64,000 bases of DNA, from the NCBI GenBank assembly GCA_963702435.1, contig CAVPCR010000001.1, forward strand, positions 544,001 to 608,000. The letters run 5' to 3'. The notes beneath the pieces are model-generated. The model was not told the DNA's origin, did no database searches, and saw only the letters and a list, made by a program, of their open reading frames with translations. Every line of letters begins with the position of its first letter. Within the stretch, counting starts at the first letter, position 1. Position numbers and translations under genes: made by a program. Origin of the DNA: Candidatus Eiseniibacteriota bacterium. Lineage in GTDB: Bacteria; Eisenbacteria; RBG-16-71-46; CAVPCR01. Positions 9,105 through 19,021 of this stretch are shown here, piece after piece.

Positions 9105-11063
9105 TTGTCCTCCCCGATCTCGACCCTCTCCAGGCGCCCGTCCCGGTCGTCCACTCTCCTTGGTCTCGCCCTCGGCGCGGCCCTTCTCTTCGGGAGGGCG
9201 GATCCTGATCGCGTGTCGGCCGCGCCCGGCTCCGCCGAGGAGACACCCGCGGCGTATGCGGCCGGCTCCGGGGCGGGGCCGGCACCCGGCGCGAGCCCCC
9301 TCGAGGAGGAGGCCCGCGGACCCAACCTCCTCCCCGCAGAGGAGACCGCCGCCGGCGAGATCGTCGAGATCCCGGACCGGCGTCTCGATCCGCCGTCGGC
9401 GGCGTGGCAGGACTCGACCCCGCTCGCGCGGGTCGGCGACGGTGTCGTCACCGCCGGGGACTTCTATCACGCCCTCGATCGCGGGAAGGGCATCGACCGC
9501 ACGCTGCCGCCCTCCGCGCTCAAGCAGGCGACCATCGAGAAGCTCATCAATCAGAAACTCCTGGTCCAGGAGGGCCGCCGCCGCGGCTACGAGCGTACCG
9601 GCCCGTTCGTGAGCTACATCACGAAGGTCGAGGACCAGGTCGCCGGCGAGGAGCTCCGCCGGCGCATCTACGCAGGCCGGATCGACGTGACGCGCACCGA
9701 GATCGAGGAGCTCTACGAGCGCTACTTCTACACCTTCCATGTGCGGAGCCTCTCGGTTGACCGGCGCGACCTGGCCGCGGAGCTCCACGCACGGATCCTC
9801 GCCGGCGAGGATTTCGGCGAGCTGGCCCGCACCTACTCGGAGGAGGCGCAGACGAGCAAGAAGGGCGGCGATATGGGCGAGCTGCGCGCCGGGCAGATGA
9901 TCATCCACTTCGAGGACGCCGTGTTCGCCATCGAGCCCGGACAGGTGACCCCGGTGATCAAGGGGAAGGGTGAGCACTACAAGCTGTTCAAGCTCGAGAG
10001 CCGCGTGCGCGACCGCACGCCGGATCGCAGCTTCGAGGAAATGGTGCCCGATCTGGCGCGGCGGGTGCGCACGCGCAAGACGGGCGATGCTCTCTACGCA
10101 TGGCAGCTGTCCATGCTCGCCAAGTACGAAGTGAAGGTGGACGACGAGAGCTTCGACATCTTTGCCGCGCGGGTCCGGGCCAAGATCAAGCAGCGGGAGG
10201 AAGCCAACGACCGGCGTCCCGACTCGCTGGACGTGAGCTGGATCTTCGTCGACTGGCCGCCCGAGGAGGTGGCCCGCGACCTCGCCACCTACAAGGGCGG
10301 GCGGCTCTCGATCGCCGAGTTCAACAAGCTGTCCCGCGGGCAGCGGAGCTGCCCGGTGTGCGCCTGGCACAATTCCGATGTCCAGCTCCGGCAGGTCGTG
10401 CTCGGCAGCGCCTTCGACAAGATCTACATGCTCGAGCTCCGCTCCATCGTGCGCGAGCGCCAGCCCGCGCTCGAGCTCCTGATCGTGCGCGGCCAGGAGG
10501 GACGGCTCGCGGCGATGGTCGGCTCGACGGTCGCCGTCACGGCGGACTCGGTCACCGCGGACCAGGCGCGCGCCTTCTACGAAGCCCACCAGGACGAGTA
10601 CGTGACGGGCGTGCGGACGCGGGTGCGGCGCATCCTCGTCGGGACCGAGGCGGAGGCGCAGGCCGTCATGGAGAGACTCGCCGGCGGCGCCGACTTCGCT
10701 GCCCTGGCCGAGGAGGTGTCGCTCGACGAGACGACCAACTGGCGCGGGGGCGAGACCGACTTCTTCGGCGCCGGCAGCATGGACGGCATGGCCGACGTGG
10801 CGCTCGAGCACGAGCCCGGCGAGCTGATCCCGCCGTTCCAGAGCCTCCGCGGCTGGGAGGTCGTCCGGGTGGTCGAGAAGTCGCCCTCGATGCCGCAGCC
10901 GCTCGCCGAGGTCCAGGACCACGTCAAGTCCAGAGTCGCCACCGCGGAGACCGAGCGGCGGATCGATGCGCTCATCGCCGAGATCAGGACGACCACGCCG
11001 GTCGCGATCGACGAGCAGGCCGTGGCGCGGCTCGCGGTGCCCGCAGCGAACCCCGAGCCCTAG
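9105..11063 (+). CDS. Periplasmic parvulin/SurA-like peptidyl-prolyl isomerase, two PpiC domains
   Basis: GEDFGELARTYS..SKKGGDMG and GADFAALAEEVSLD..GG rotamase motifs; signal-like N-terminus. Confidence 0.85.
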   Translation: MSSPISTLSRRPSRSSTLLGLALGAALLFGRADPDRVSAAPGSAEETPAAYAAGSGAGPAPGASPLEEEARGPNLLPAEETAAGEIVEIPDRRLDPPSAAWQDSTPLARVGDGVVTAGDFYHALDRGKGIDRTLPPSALKQATIEKLINQKLLVQEGRRRGYERTGPFVSYITKVEDQVAGEELRRRIYAGRIDVTRTEIEELYERYFYTFHVRSLSVDRRDLAAELHARILAGEDFGELARTYSEEAQTSKKGGDMGELRAGQMIIHFEDAVFAIEPGQVTPVIKGKGEHYKLFKLESRVRDRTPDRSFEEMVPDLARRVRTRKTGDALYAWQLSMLAKYEVKVDDESFDIFAARVRAKIKQREEANDRRPDSLDVSWIFVDWPPEEVARDLATYKGGRLSIAEFNKLSRGQRSCPVCAWHNSDVQLRQVVLGSAFDKIYMLELRSIVRERQPALELLIVRGQEGRLAAMVGSTVAVTADSVTADQARAFYEAHQDEYVTGVRTRVRRILVGTEAEAQAVMERLAGGADFAALAEEVSLDETTNWRGGETDFFGAGSMDGMADVALEHEPGELIPPFQSLRGWEVVRVVEKSPSMPQPLAEVQDHVKSRVATAETERRIDALIAEIRTTTPVAIDEQAVARLAVPAANPEP

Positions 11064-11128
11064 CGCCGGGGCGGGGGGGCCGCCGTTCGGCGCAGGCGCG
11101 TCGCAGAGGACGCGGGAGCGCAAGCCGC

Positions 11129-12580
11129 TCAGCGCGCCGGAGCGAGCCGCCCCGCGGCGAGCGCGAAGCGCGGGGCCCCGAGCGCGAGGAGTTCCTCATC
11201 GTGGCTCGCGATGAGCACGGCGCCGCCGGCCCCCGCGAACGCCCGCACTGCGTGCCCGAGCATGCGCAGGCCGGGCCCATCGAGCCCCGCACCGGGCTCG
11301 TCGAGGAGCAGGATCGGCCGGCGCGCGGCGAGCTGGGCCGCGAGGGCGAGCCGGCGGACCTCGCCGCCGGAGAGCCGGAAGGGCGACGCCGCGAGCGTCT
11401 CCGGTGCGAGCCCCACGAGCGCGAGCGCCGCCGCCGCCGCCGGCGCCGGCGCCCAGTCGGCGAGATCCGCCGCGACCGTGCTCCGGTAGAAGAGCTGCCC
11501 CGCGAACTGGAGCGCGAGCGACACGCGCTCGCGCACGGCGCCGGACGGCGTCAGGGTGATCCCGCCGGCGAGCGGCGGGATGAGTCCGGCGAGGGTCGCG
11601 AGAAGCGTCGACTTCCCCGCGCCGTTTCGACCGGCCAGCGTGACGATGGTGCCCGGGACGAGATCCAGATCGAGATCGCGCGCGATCGGCTGTCCCGCCC
11701 AGCCGATGGCGAGACCGCGCGCGCGGAGGATCGAGCCCGCGGCGAGCGGCGCGAGCAGCGCGGGGAGCGGTGGGGACGCGGCGCTCGCCGGCGATGCCGC
11801 GCCCGCCGGGGAGCCCGCGCTCCCCGGGGCCGCGGCGCCCGCGAGCGGCTCGCCGGGCCAACCCTCCAGGTCGGCGGCGAGCGCGGGCGGCAATGCACCC
11901 GGCGCGTCGTGCGCGACGCGGCCCGCGGCGAGGACGACCCGGCGCGGAGCGTCGTCCGGTGGTGCCGCCTCGCTCGCGCCAGGCGAGCGGGGCCGCGGCG
12001 CGGCCGAAAGGACGAGCGCCGGGCGCTCCCGAGCGGCGCGCTCGATCCAGGTCGCCACGTCGGCGGCCGCCTCGCGATCGAGATGCGCGAACGGCTCGTC
12101 GAGCAGGAGATACGCCGGGCCGGGCGCCACGGCGGCAGCGAGCGCCACCCGCTGCATCTCGCCGCCCGAGAGCGTGCGCGGCACGCGATCGAGGAGAGGG
12201 CCGAGGTCGAGAGCGCGCGCGGTGGCGGCCACGCGGTCCCGGATCATCGCCGGCGACCACCCGAGCTGCTCGAGTCCGAAGGCGATCTCGTCGGCCACCC
12301 GGGTCGTGAGCAGCTGCGGCTCGGGATCCTGGAAGAGGAGACCGACCCGGCTCGCGACGTGACGTCTCGTCGCGGGCGGACCGGCCTCGAGGCCGTCGAT
12401 CATCACCGCACCGCTCGCCGGCGGGACGAGGCCGGCCAGGATCGCGAGAAGGCTTGACTTCCCGGCCCCCGAGCGGCCGAGGAGCTCGACCCGCTCGCCG
12501 GGCGCGAACACGAGATCCAGCGGACCGGCGAGCGGGGGCCGCGCGCCGTGGCGGATGACGACCCCGCGCGCCTCGATCAC
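11129..12580 (-). CDS. ECF/CbiO-type ABC ATPase with two fused ATPase domains
   Basis: Walker A GRSGAGKS and GRNGAGKS; FQDPEPQL; LSGGE twice; LLLDEP twice; GTG start inferred at 12580. Confidence 0.85.
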   Translation of the reverse strand: MIEARGVVIRHGARPPLAGPLDLVFAPGERVELLGRSGAGKSSLLAILAGLVPPASGAVMIDGLEAGPPATRRHVASRVGLLFQDPEPQLLTTRVADEIAFGLEQLGWSPAMIRDRVAATARALDLGPLLDRVPRTLSGGEMQRVALAAAVAPGPAYLLLDEPFAHLDREAAADVATWIERAARERPALVLSAAPRPRSPGASEAAPPDDAPRRVVLAAGRVAHDAPGALPPALAADLEGWPGEPLAGAAAPGSAGSPAGAASPASAASPPLPALLAPLAAGSILRARGLAIGWAGQPIARDLDLDLVPGTIVTLAGRNGAGKSTLLATLAGLIPPLAGGITLTPSGAVRERVSLALQFAGQLFYRSTVAADLADWAPAPAAAAALALVGLAPETLAASPFRLSGGEVRRLALAAQLAARRPILLLDEPGAGLDGPGLRMLGHAVRAFAGAGGAVLIASHDEELLALGAPRFALAAGRLAPAR

Positions 12581-12599
12581 GGCCGCCGCCCCCCGCGAC

Positions 12600-13877
12600 C
12601 TAGCTGCCCGCGGCGGGCGCCGGCCCGCCCGGGGCGCTCGCGGCGGGCGATGCGGCCCGCCCGGCCCAGGCCGCGCGGGCCGCGGCGGCGACCACCGGGA
12701 AGGGCACCCCGTGCGCGCGCGCCGCGCGCGCCACGTCGTCGGTCTCGGGCGCGGCGTCGCGGAGGCTCGCCGCACCGCCCGCGGCAGGACGCACCGTCTC
12801 CTTCATGCGCACGGGCCCGTACGGCGTCTCGACCTCGACCAGGCGCCGCGGCAGGGTGCGTCGCTCCTCGCGGCGGAGCCGGAGGCCGAGGGTGGTCGTC
12901 TCGCGGAGGAGCGTCCGCGCGAGCGCCTCGGCCAGGCCCGGGCGGGCGAGCACGGTCAGCTCGGTCCCAGTGCGTCCCTTCTTCATCATGACCGGAGTGA
13001 GCGTGACGTCGAGCGCACCGGCCGCGCGCAGGGTTTCGGCGGCATGCGCGAGCGCGGTCGGCGACTCGTCGTCGATGGTCGCCGCGAGGACCACGATCTC
13101 CTCGCGCGCGACGGCGCCCGCCTCCGCCCCGTCGCCCCCCGCAAAAACCTGCTCCATCTCGCCGATCATGGCGCGGACCACGTTCGGGCGATCCGGCCGC
13201 GGGCGATGCCCGGCGCCGATGCCCACCCGCTCGACCTGAAACACGAGGTCCGGCGCCGCCGGGGCGCCGAGCGCGGTCAGGATGGCGGCCGCGGTCGGCG
13301 TCACCCACTCCCCCGGCGGGCCGCCGAGGCGGATCGGAATGCCGGCGAGAAGCTCGAGCGTCGCCGGGGCGGGCAGCGGCAGCGGTCCGTGCGCGGCGGC
13401 GATGACGCCGGTCCCGGGCGCGAGGAGACCGAAGCGCAGGAGGTCGACGCCGAGGATCTCGAGGGCGGCCGCCGTCCCGGCCACGTCCACGATCGCATCG
13501 ATCGCCCCCACCTCGTGGAAGTGGACCGCGGCGACGGGAACCGCATGCACCCGCGCCTCGGCCGCGGCCAGGCGCTCGAACACGCGGACGGCGCGCTCCC
13601 GCGCCCGCGGGGCGAGCCCGCTCGCGGCGAGGAGGGCCAGGATATCGGCGAGCGTGCGGGCATGAACCGGGTCCGCCGCCGGCGTGACCGTGACCCGCAT
13701 TGCGTCGAGCCCGCCCGCCGCGACGCGCTCGGCCGAGAGCGTGAAGGCCCCCGGGGGCAGCGGCAGGGTCGAGAGCGCCGCCTCGACCGCGGCGAGCGGC
13801 GCCCCGAGATCGAGGAGGGCCGCGAGCAGCATGTCCCCGGCCACCCCGCCCACCGGATCGACGTAGAGCGCGCGCAT
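12600..13877 (-). CDS. larC: Nickel-pincer cofactor biosynthesis protein LarC
   Basis: GVAGDMLLAALLDLG, VHFHEVGAIDAIVD, PAPATLELL, MKKGR, ETTTLGLR. Confidence 0.92.
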   Translation of the reverse strand: MRALYVDPVGGVAGDMLLAALLDLGAPLAAVEAALSTLPLPPGAFTLSAERVAAGGLDAMRVTVTPAADPVHARTLADILALLAASGLAPRARERAVRVFERLAAAEARVHAVPVAAVHFHEVGAIDAIVDVAGTAAALEILGVDLLRFGLLAPGTGVIAAAHGPLPLPAPATLELLAGIPIRLGGPPGEWVTPTAAAILTALGAPAAPDLVFQVERVGIGAGHRPRPDRPNVVRAMIGEMEQVFAGGDGAEAGAVAREEIVVLAATIDDESPTALAHAAETLRAAGALDVTLTPVMMKKGRTGTELTVLARPGLAEALARTLLRETTTLGLRLRREERRTLPRRLVEVETPYGPVRMKETVRPAAGGAASLRDAAPETDDVARAARAHGVPFPVVAAAARAAWAGRAASPAASAPGGPAPAAGS

Positions 13878-13944
13878 CGAGCTCCTTCTCCAGTCCCTGC
13901 TGCCGGCGCGGACCGCTCAGCGAGCCTGCGCAGGATACTGCTCC

Positions 13945-14745
13945 CTAGTTGCTGTTTTCTGCGGAAGGCGCCGGGGCGGCGCCGGCGCCGGTCCGGACCT
14001 GCGCCCTGAGGACGAGCGCCGCGGCGTAACCGGCCCCGAATCCGTTGTCGATGTTGACGACCGTGATCCCGGAGGCGCAGCTCGACAGCATGCCGAGGAG
14101 CGCCGCGAATCCGCCGGCGCTCGCTCCGTAGCCGACGCTCGTCGGCACGCCGATCACCGGGCAGGCGGTGAGACCGCCGATCACGCTCGGGAGCGCCCCC
14201 TCCATGCCGGCGACGGCGATGATCACGGTCGCCGCGCGCAGGCGGTCCTGGGCGGCGAGGAGGCGATGGAGGCCGGCGACGCCGACGTCGGTCAACCGTT
14301 CGACCGTGCAGCCGAGAGCGCGCGCGGTGACCTCGGCCTCGGCAGCGACCGGGAGATCCGACGTGCCGGCGGCGACGACGAGCACGAGCCCGGGGAGCGG
14401 GACGAGATCGCCGCCGCGGAGGAGGACGGTGCGGGCGAGCGGATCGTGCTCGGCGGCGGGGAACGCGGCGCACACCGCGGCCGCCGCCTCGGCGGCGGCG
14501 CGCGTGACGAGCACGGTCTGCCCGCGGGAGGCGATCGCGCGCGCGATCGCGACCACCTGCTCCGGCGTCTTCCCCGCCCCGTAGACCACCTCGGGAAATC
14601 CCCGGCGCAACGCCCGGTGGTGATCGACCGTGGCCTCCGGCAGGGACTCAAAGGGCAGGGTCCTGAGCGCAGCCAGCGCCGCTGTGACCGTCGTCTCGCC
14701 GCGCGCCAGGCGCTCGAGGAGACGCTCGAGGTCCTGTGGATTCAT
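13945..14745 (-). CDS. larB: Nickel-pincer cofactor biosynthesis protein LarB
   Basis: DHHRALRRGFPEVVYG.GKT, AGTSDLPVA, DVGVAGLHRL, AGMEGALPS, VVNIDNGFGA. Confidence 0.95.
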   Translation of the reverse strand: MNPQDLERLLERLARGETTVTAALAALRTLPFESLPEATVDHHRALRRGFPEVVYGAGKTPEQVVAIARAIASRGQTVLVTRAAAEAAAAVCAAFPAAEHDPLARTVLLRGGDLVPLPGLVLVVAAGTSDLPVAAEAEVTARALGCTVERLTDVGVAGLHRLLAAQDRLRAATVIIAVAGMEGALPSVIGGLTACPVIGVPTSVGYGASAGGFAALLGMLSSCASGITVVNIDNGFGAGYAAALVLRAQVRTGAGAAPAPSAENSN

Positions 14746-14779
14746 CGCCGTCTCCTCGCCGAGCCGCGCCCTGATTGCG

Positions 14780-16387
14780 CTACGGCGCGACCGACTGCTC
14801 GCGCCGGGCGTCGGCGATCTGGAAGAGGCCTGCGAGCGTCCTCGACTCGGCGAGGAGCTTCTGCGCCTCGCGGTACTGGCTATCGCCCTCGAGCATCACG
14901 CGCCAGGCCGCCTGGTCCGAGTCGAGCCGGCGGGCCGCCTCGCGGCGGATGCCGCGCTCGATCTGCGGGCGCGCCGCCGCCAGGTCCGCGTCGTCCCAGG
15001 TCACGTCCTCCTCCTGGTGCTCCTTGAGGAAGGCGGTGAACTCGGCGATCTCCCGGTCGCCCGGCACGGCGTCCGGCTTCCAGCCGGGATGGCCCTTGAG
15101 GAAATCGGTCGTGAACTCGTAGAAGAGACCGAGCCGCTCGATGTCCTCGATGACCGCCGGCAATTCCTCGGCCTCGACCATGATGTCGGGCGTGACGCCG
15201 CCGCCGCCGTACACCTCGCGGCCCATCGCCGTGCGATAGGTTTCGCGCTCGTCGGCAAGGTGCGCCTTGCCCGCGGGATCCACCGCCGCGGTGACCTTCG
15301 GATCGGGCCGCCGCTCCTCCTTGTGGATGCAGCGCCCGCTCGGCGTGTAGTACTTGGCCGTGGTCAGCTTGATGGCGGATCCGTCGCTCAGATCCACGAC
15401 CGTCTGCACCGAGCCCTTGCCGAAGGTCGTCGTGCCGAGGATGAGACCCAGGTCCCAGTCCTGGATGGCGCCGGCCACGATCTCGGAGGCGCTCGCGCTG
15501 CCGCCGTTCACGAGCACGATGACCGGGGTCGCCGAGTAGACGCTTCGCGCCCGCGACGTGTAGCCGCGGTTCTGGCTCTTCTGGCGGCCGCGGGTCTCGA
15601 CGACCAGCTTGCCGCCCCCGACGAAATGCTCGGACACCTCGACCGCCTGGGTGAGGAGCCCGCCCGGATTGGCTCGCAGGTCGAGGATCAGGCCGCGGGC
15701 GCTCTCCCGCTCCACCATGGCGAGCGCCTTCTCGAGATCCTGCGTCGTCTCCTCGGCGAACTGGGAGACGCGGATGTAGCCGATCTTCTTCTCGTCCACG
15801 TAGGAGTAGGGCACGCTCTTGAGTTCGATCTTGTCGCGCACCAGATCGAACTCGATGCGGCGGAAATCGCGGCCCCGGGCGATGGTGAGCTTGACCGGGG
15901 TCCCCTTCGGGCCGCGCATCCGGTCAACGGCGTCGTTCAAGCTCATGCCCTCGGTCGTCTGGTCGTCGATCTCGATGATGCGATCACCGGCCATGATCCC
16001 CATGCGGTAGGCCGGCGTGCCCTCCATCGGTGAGATGACGGTCAGGAACCCGTCGCGCAGCGAGATCACGATGCCGAGGCCGTGATAGGTGCCGCTCGTG
16101 CCGATGCGCAGGTTCGTGAACTCGGCCTCGTCGAGGAACTGGGAGTAGGGGTCGAGCTCGCCGAGGAACCCGTTGAGCGCGCGATCCACGAGCACCGAGT
16201 CGGGCAGGTCCTCGACATACATCGTGCGCACCTTGGACAGCACCTCGTCGAGGAGCCGGAGGCGCTCCCCGTCGCCCCGCGGCTGGCTCATGCCCAGGGC
16301 GAAGCCGCCGACGAGGAGCACCACGATCAGGAGGAGGGACGGGAGAAACCGGCGCAAGCCAGACAAGATGTGGAACCTCCGCCCCAT
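14780..16387 (-). CDS. ctpA: Carboxyl-terminal processing protease (S41, PDZ domain)
   Basis: LDPYS, GLGI, DLRANPGGLL, SASASEIVAGA, TFGKGSVQ. Confidence 0.93.
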   Translation of the reverse strand: MGRRFHILSGLRRFLPSLLLIVVLLVGGFALGMSQPRGDGERLRLLDEVLSKVRTMYVEDLPDSVLVDRALNGFLGELDPYSQFLDEAEFTNLRIGTSGTYHGLGIVISLRDGFLTVISPMEGTPAYRMGIMAGDRIIEIDDQTTEGMSLNDAVDRMRGPKGTPVKLTIARGRDFRRIEFDLVRDKIELKSVPYSYVDEKKIGYIRVSQFAEETTQDLEKALAMVERESARGLILDLRANPGGLLTQAVEVSEHFVGGGKLVVETRGRQKSQNRGYTSRARSVYSATPVIVLVNGGSASASEIVAGAIQDWDLGLILGTTTFGKGSVQTVVDLSDGSAIKLTTAKYYTPSGRCIHKEERRPDPKVTAAVDPAGKAHLADERETYRTAMGREVYGGGGVTPDIMVEAEELPAVIEDIERLGLFYEFTTDFLKGHPGWKPDAVPGDREIAEFTAFLKEHQEEDVTWDDADLAAARPQIERGIRREAARRLDSDQAAWRVMLEGDSQYREAQKLLAESRTLAGLFQIADARREQSVAP

Positions 16388-17040
16388 CAGCCGGCCGGCG
16401 GCCGGTTGGGGCCGTTCACCCTGGGGGCCTCGAGTACGGTCAGAACCTGCTGCAAGACGGACTCATGCACGCTATCGGCATCGGCCCGCGCGTCGATGAC
16501 CTTGATGCGATCGGGCTCCCGCTCCCGCGCCGCCCGGTAGGCGGCGCGCACCCGCTCGTGAAAGACCAGGGCCTCGGCCTCGAGCCGGTCCTCGACCCGG
16601 CCCTTGAACCGCTCGCGCGCCGCAGCCACCGGCAGGTCGAGGAGCAGCGTCAGATCGGGCTGGAGCCCGCCGGTCGCGGCCGCGATCGCTCGCGCGACGA
16701 GATCGGCATCGATGCCGCGGCCTCCCGCCTGGTAGGCCGTGGTCGCATCCGCGTAGCGGTCGGCGATGACCACCCGCCCGGCGGCGAGCGCCGGCCGGAT
16801 CACCTCGGCCACGTGCTGGGCGCGATCGGCCAGCATCAGAAACAGCTCCGCCAGCGGCACCGTCGGATACGCGCCCGAGAGCACGAGCTCGCGGATCGCG
16901 GCCCCGAGCGGCGTACCTCCGGGCTCGCGGGACACGACGACCTCATAGCCGCGGGCAGCCAGCGCGGCCTTGAGCCGCGCCGCCTGCGTCGACTTGCCGG
17001 CGCCCTCGACGCCCTCGAAACTCAAGAACCAGCCGCGCAC
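16387..17040 (-). CDS. tmk: Thymidylate kinase
   Basis: FEGVEGAGKSTQ, REPGGT, DRY..AT.AYQ; GTG start at 17040 (ORF-track start is too far upstream). Confidence 0.93.
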   Translation of the reverse strand: MRGWFLSFEGVEGAGKSTQAARLKAALAARGYEVVVSREPGGTPLGAAIRELVLSGAYPTVPLAELFLMLADRAQHVAEVIRPALAAGRVVIADRYADATTAYQAGGRGIDADLVARAIAAATGGLQPDLTLLLDLPVAAARERFKGRVEDRLEAEALVFHERVRAAYRAAREREPDRIKVIDARADADSVHESVLQQVLTVLEAPRVNGPNRPPAG

Positions 17041-17123
17041 GTTCCGGTTCCGGCGATCGAGCGCGCGCCGGCGTCGCCGCCGATCATTACTACGCGCTCC
17101 ACTCCACCTTCGTTCCCGCCGGC

Positions 17124-18344
17124 CTAGGACTTGCCGGCCCGAGCCCGCGGGCGAGCCGTCCCCCGCCGGGCCGGACGGCCGTTCGACTGGGCCGCCGCCC
17201 CGGCGCTCCGGCTCGCGCGACGGCGCGCGGGCGCCCCGGCCCGCGCCGCCCTGGTCGCCCGCCCCTTCCCGGCCGCCATCTCGGCGATGAAATCCTCGGT
17301 CATCTGCCGCGCCGCGTCGTCGGTGAACTGCTGCGGCGGGGACTTCTTGAAGTAGGCCGAGGGGCCGACCAGCGCGCCGGAGACCCCGTTGTCGAGCGCG
17401 AGCTTCGCGCAGCGCACGGCGTCGATGACGACGCCGGCCGAGTTCGGCGAGTCCCACACCTCGAGCTTGAGCTCCACGTTGAGCGGCACGTCGCCGAAGG
17501 TGCGCCCCTCCATGCGGATGTAAGCCCACTTGCGATCATCGAGCCACTCGACGTAGTCGGACGGACCGATGTGCACGTTCTTCGAGCCGAGGTCGTAGTC
17601 GAGCTGCGAGGTCACCGCGCTCGTCTTCGAGATCTTCTTCGACTCGAGGCGCGATCTCTCGAGCATGTTCAGGAAGTCGGTGTTGCCGCCGACGTTGAGC
17701 TGGCTCGTCCGCTCGAGCCGCACGCCGCGATCGCGGAACAGGCGGGTGAGGACCCGATGCACGATGGTGGCGCCGACCTGCGACTTGATGTCGTCGCCGA
17801 TGACCGGCACGCCGGCCTTCTCGAAGCGCTTCTGCCAGTAGCTCTCCCGCGCGATGAAGACGGGGATGCAGTTCACGAGGGCGCAGGGCACGCGCAGGAT
17901 CTGCTCGACGTACCACTTGGTCGCCTCCTCGCTGCCGACCGGCAGGTAGTTGACGACCACGTCGGTCTTGGTGCGCCGGAGGATGTCCACGATGTCGGCG
18001 GTCGGACCCTCGGCCTTCTTGATGATCTTCGACAGGTAGTAGCCGAGCCCGTCGTGCGTCATACCGCGCACCACCTTGACCCCGGTCTTCGGCACGTCGG
18101 CGAACTTGTACGTGTTGTTTGGATAGGTGTAGATCGCCTCGGCGAGGTCCTTCCCCACCTTGCGCGCGTCGATGTCGATGGCGGCGGTGAACTCGATGTC
18201 GCTGATGTGATACCCGCCCAGGTTCACATGCATGAGACCGGGCACGAACTCGTCCGCGGCGGCGTTCCGGTAGTAGTGCACTCCCTGCACGAAGGAGGAC
18301 GCGCAGTTCCCGACGCCGATGATGGCCACCCGCACTTTTGGCAT
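17124..18344 (-). CDS. ino1: myo-inositol-1-phosphate (inositol-3-phosphate) synthase
   Basis: [49 protein letters not shown]. Confidence 0.95.
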   Translation of the reverse strand: MPKVRVAIIGVGNCASSFVQGVHYYRNAAADEFVPGLMHVNLGGYHISDIEFTAAIDIDARKVGKDLAEAIYTYPNNTYKFADVPKTGVKVVRGMTHDGLGYYLSKIIKKAEGPTADIVDILRRTKTDVVVNYLPVGSEEATKWYVEQILRVPCALVNCIPVFIARESYWQKRFEKAGVPVIGDDIKSQVGATIVHRVLTRLFRDRGVRLERTSQLNVGGNTDFLNMLERSRLESKKISKTSAVTSQLDYDLGSKNVHIGPSDYVEWLDDRKWAYIRMEGRTFGDVPLNVELKLEVWDSPNSAGVVIDAVRCAKLALDNGVSGALVGPSAYFKKSPPQQFTDDAARQMTEDFIAEMAAGKGRATRAARAGAPARRRASRSAGAAAQSNGRPARRGTARPRARAGKS

Positions 18345-18428
18345 GGAGTTTCCTCTCCTTGAGCTATCCAGCCGGCCGCGCGGCCGGGCCCGTCGCGAGC
18401 GCACGCCGCCTCCGCCGCGAGCCCCGCC

Positions 18429-19019
18429 CTAAGGGCGCCGGCCCGCCCGGACCTGCCGCTCCACGTGCCGCACCCGCGTCCAGAAGGTCCAGAACGCGAG
18501 CAGGGTGAGCGCGACGAGAAGGAAGCGCAGCGCCGTTCCTCCGGTGAGCAGCGCAGCGATCAGGACCACGAGGCGCTCGGGCCGCTCGAGCATGCCGACC
18601 TTGCCGTCGAGTCCGAGCCCTTCGGCCCGGGCTCGCGCATAGCTGACCATGGTTGAGGCGATGAGTCCCAGGACGGCGAGCGCCACCCAGCCGGCCCCGC
18701 TCGGGATCAGGTACACGGCGAGCCCCACGAACACGGCCCCCTCGGCCAGGCGATCCATGCACGAGTCGAGGAAGGCTCCGGTCGGGCTCGCGCTCCCCTG
18801 CCGGCGCGCCAGCTGGCCGTCCAGGATGTCGCAAAGCGCGGAAAGAATGAGGCAAAGCGCGCCCCAGCGCAAGCGGTCCGAAGCGATGCACCAACCCGCG
18901 GCGGCGGCCAGGGCGAGCCCCGACAGGGTGATCGCGGTCGGCCGGAGGCCGATCCGATCGAGGACTTCGACCACCGGATCGAGGGCGCGGCGAGCCTCTT
19001 CCTTGAATGCTCCCTGCAT
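18429..19019 (-). CDS. CDP-alcohol phosphatidyltransferase, probable phosphatidylinositol-phosphate synthase
   Basis: DILDGQLAR..GAFLDSCMDR motif; SYARARAEGLG, ERPER; adjacent to ino1. Confidence 0.9.
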   Translation of the reverse strand: MQGAFKEEARRALDPVVEVLDRIGLRPTAITLSGLALAAAAGWCIASDRLRWGALCLILSALCDILDGQLARRQGSASPTGAFLDSCMDRLAEGAVFVGLAVYLIPSGAGWVALAVLGLIASTMVSYARARAEGLGLDGKVGMLERPERLVVLIAALLTGGTALRFLLVALTLLAFWTFWTRVRHVERQVRAGRRP

Positions 19020-19021
19020 GT

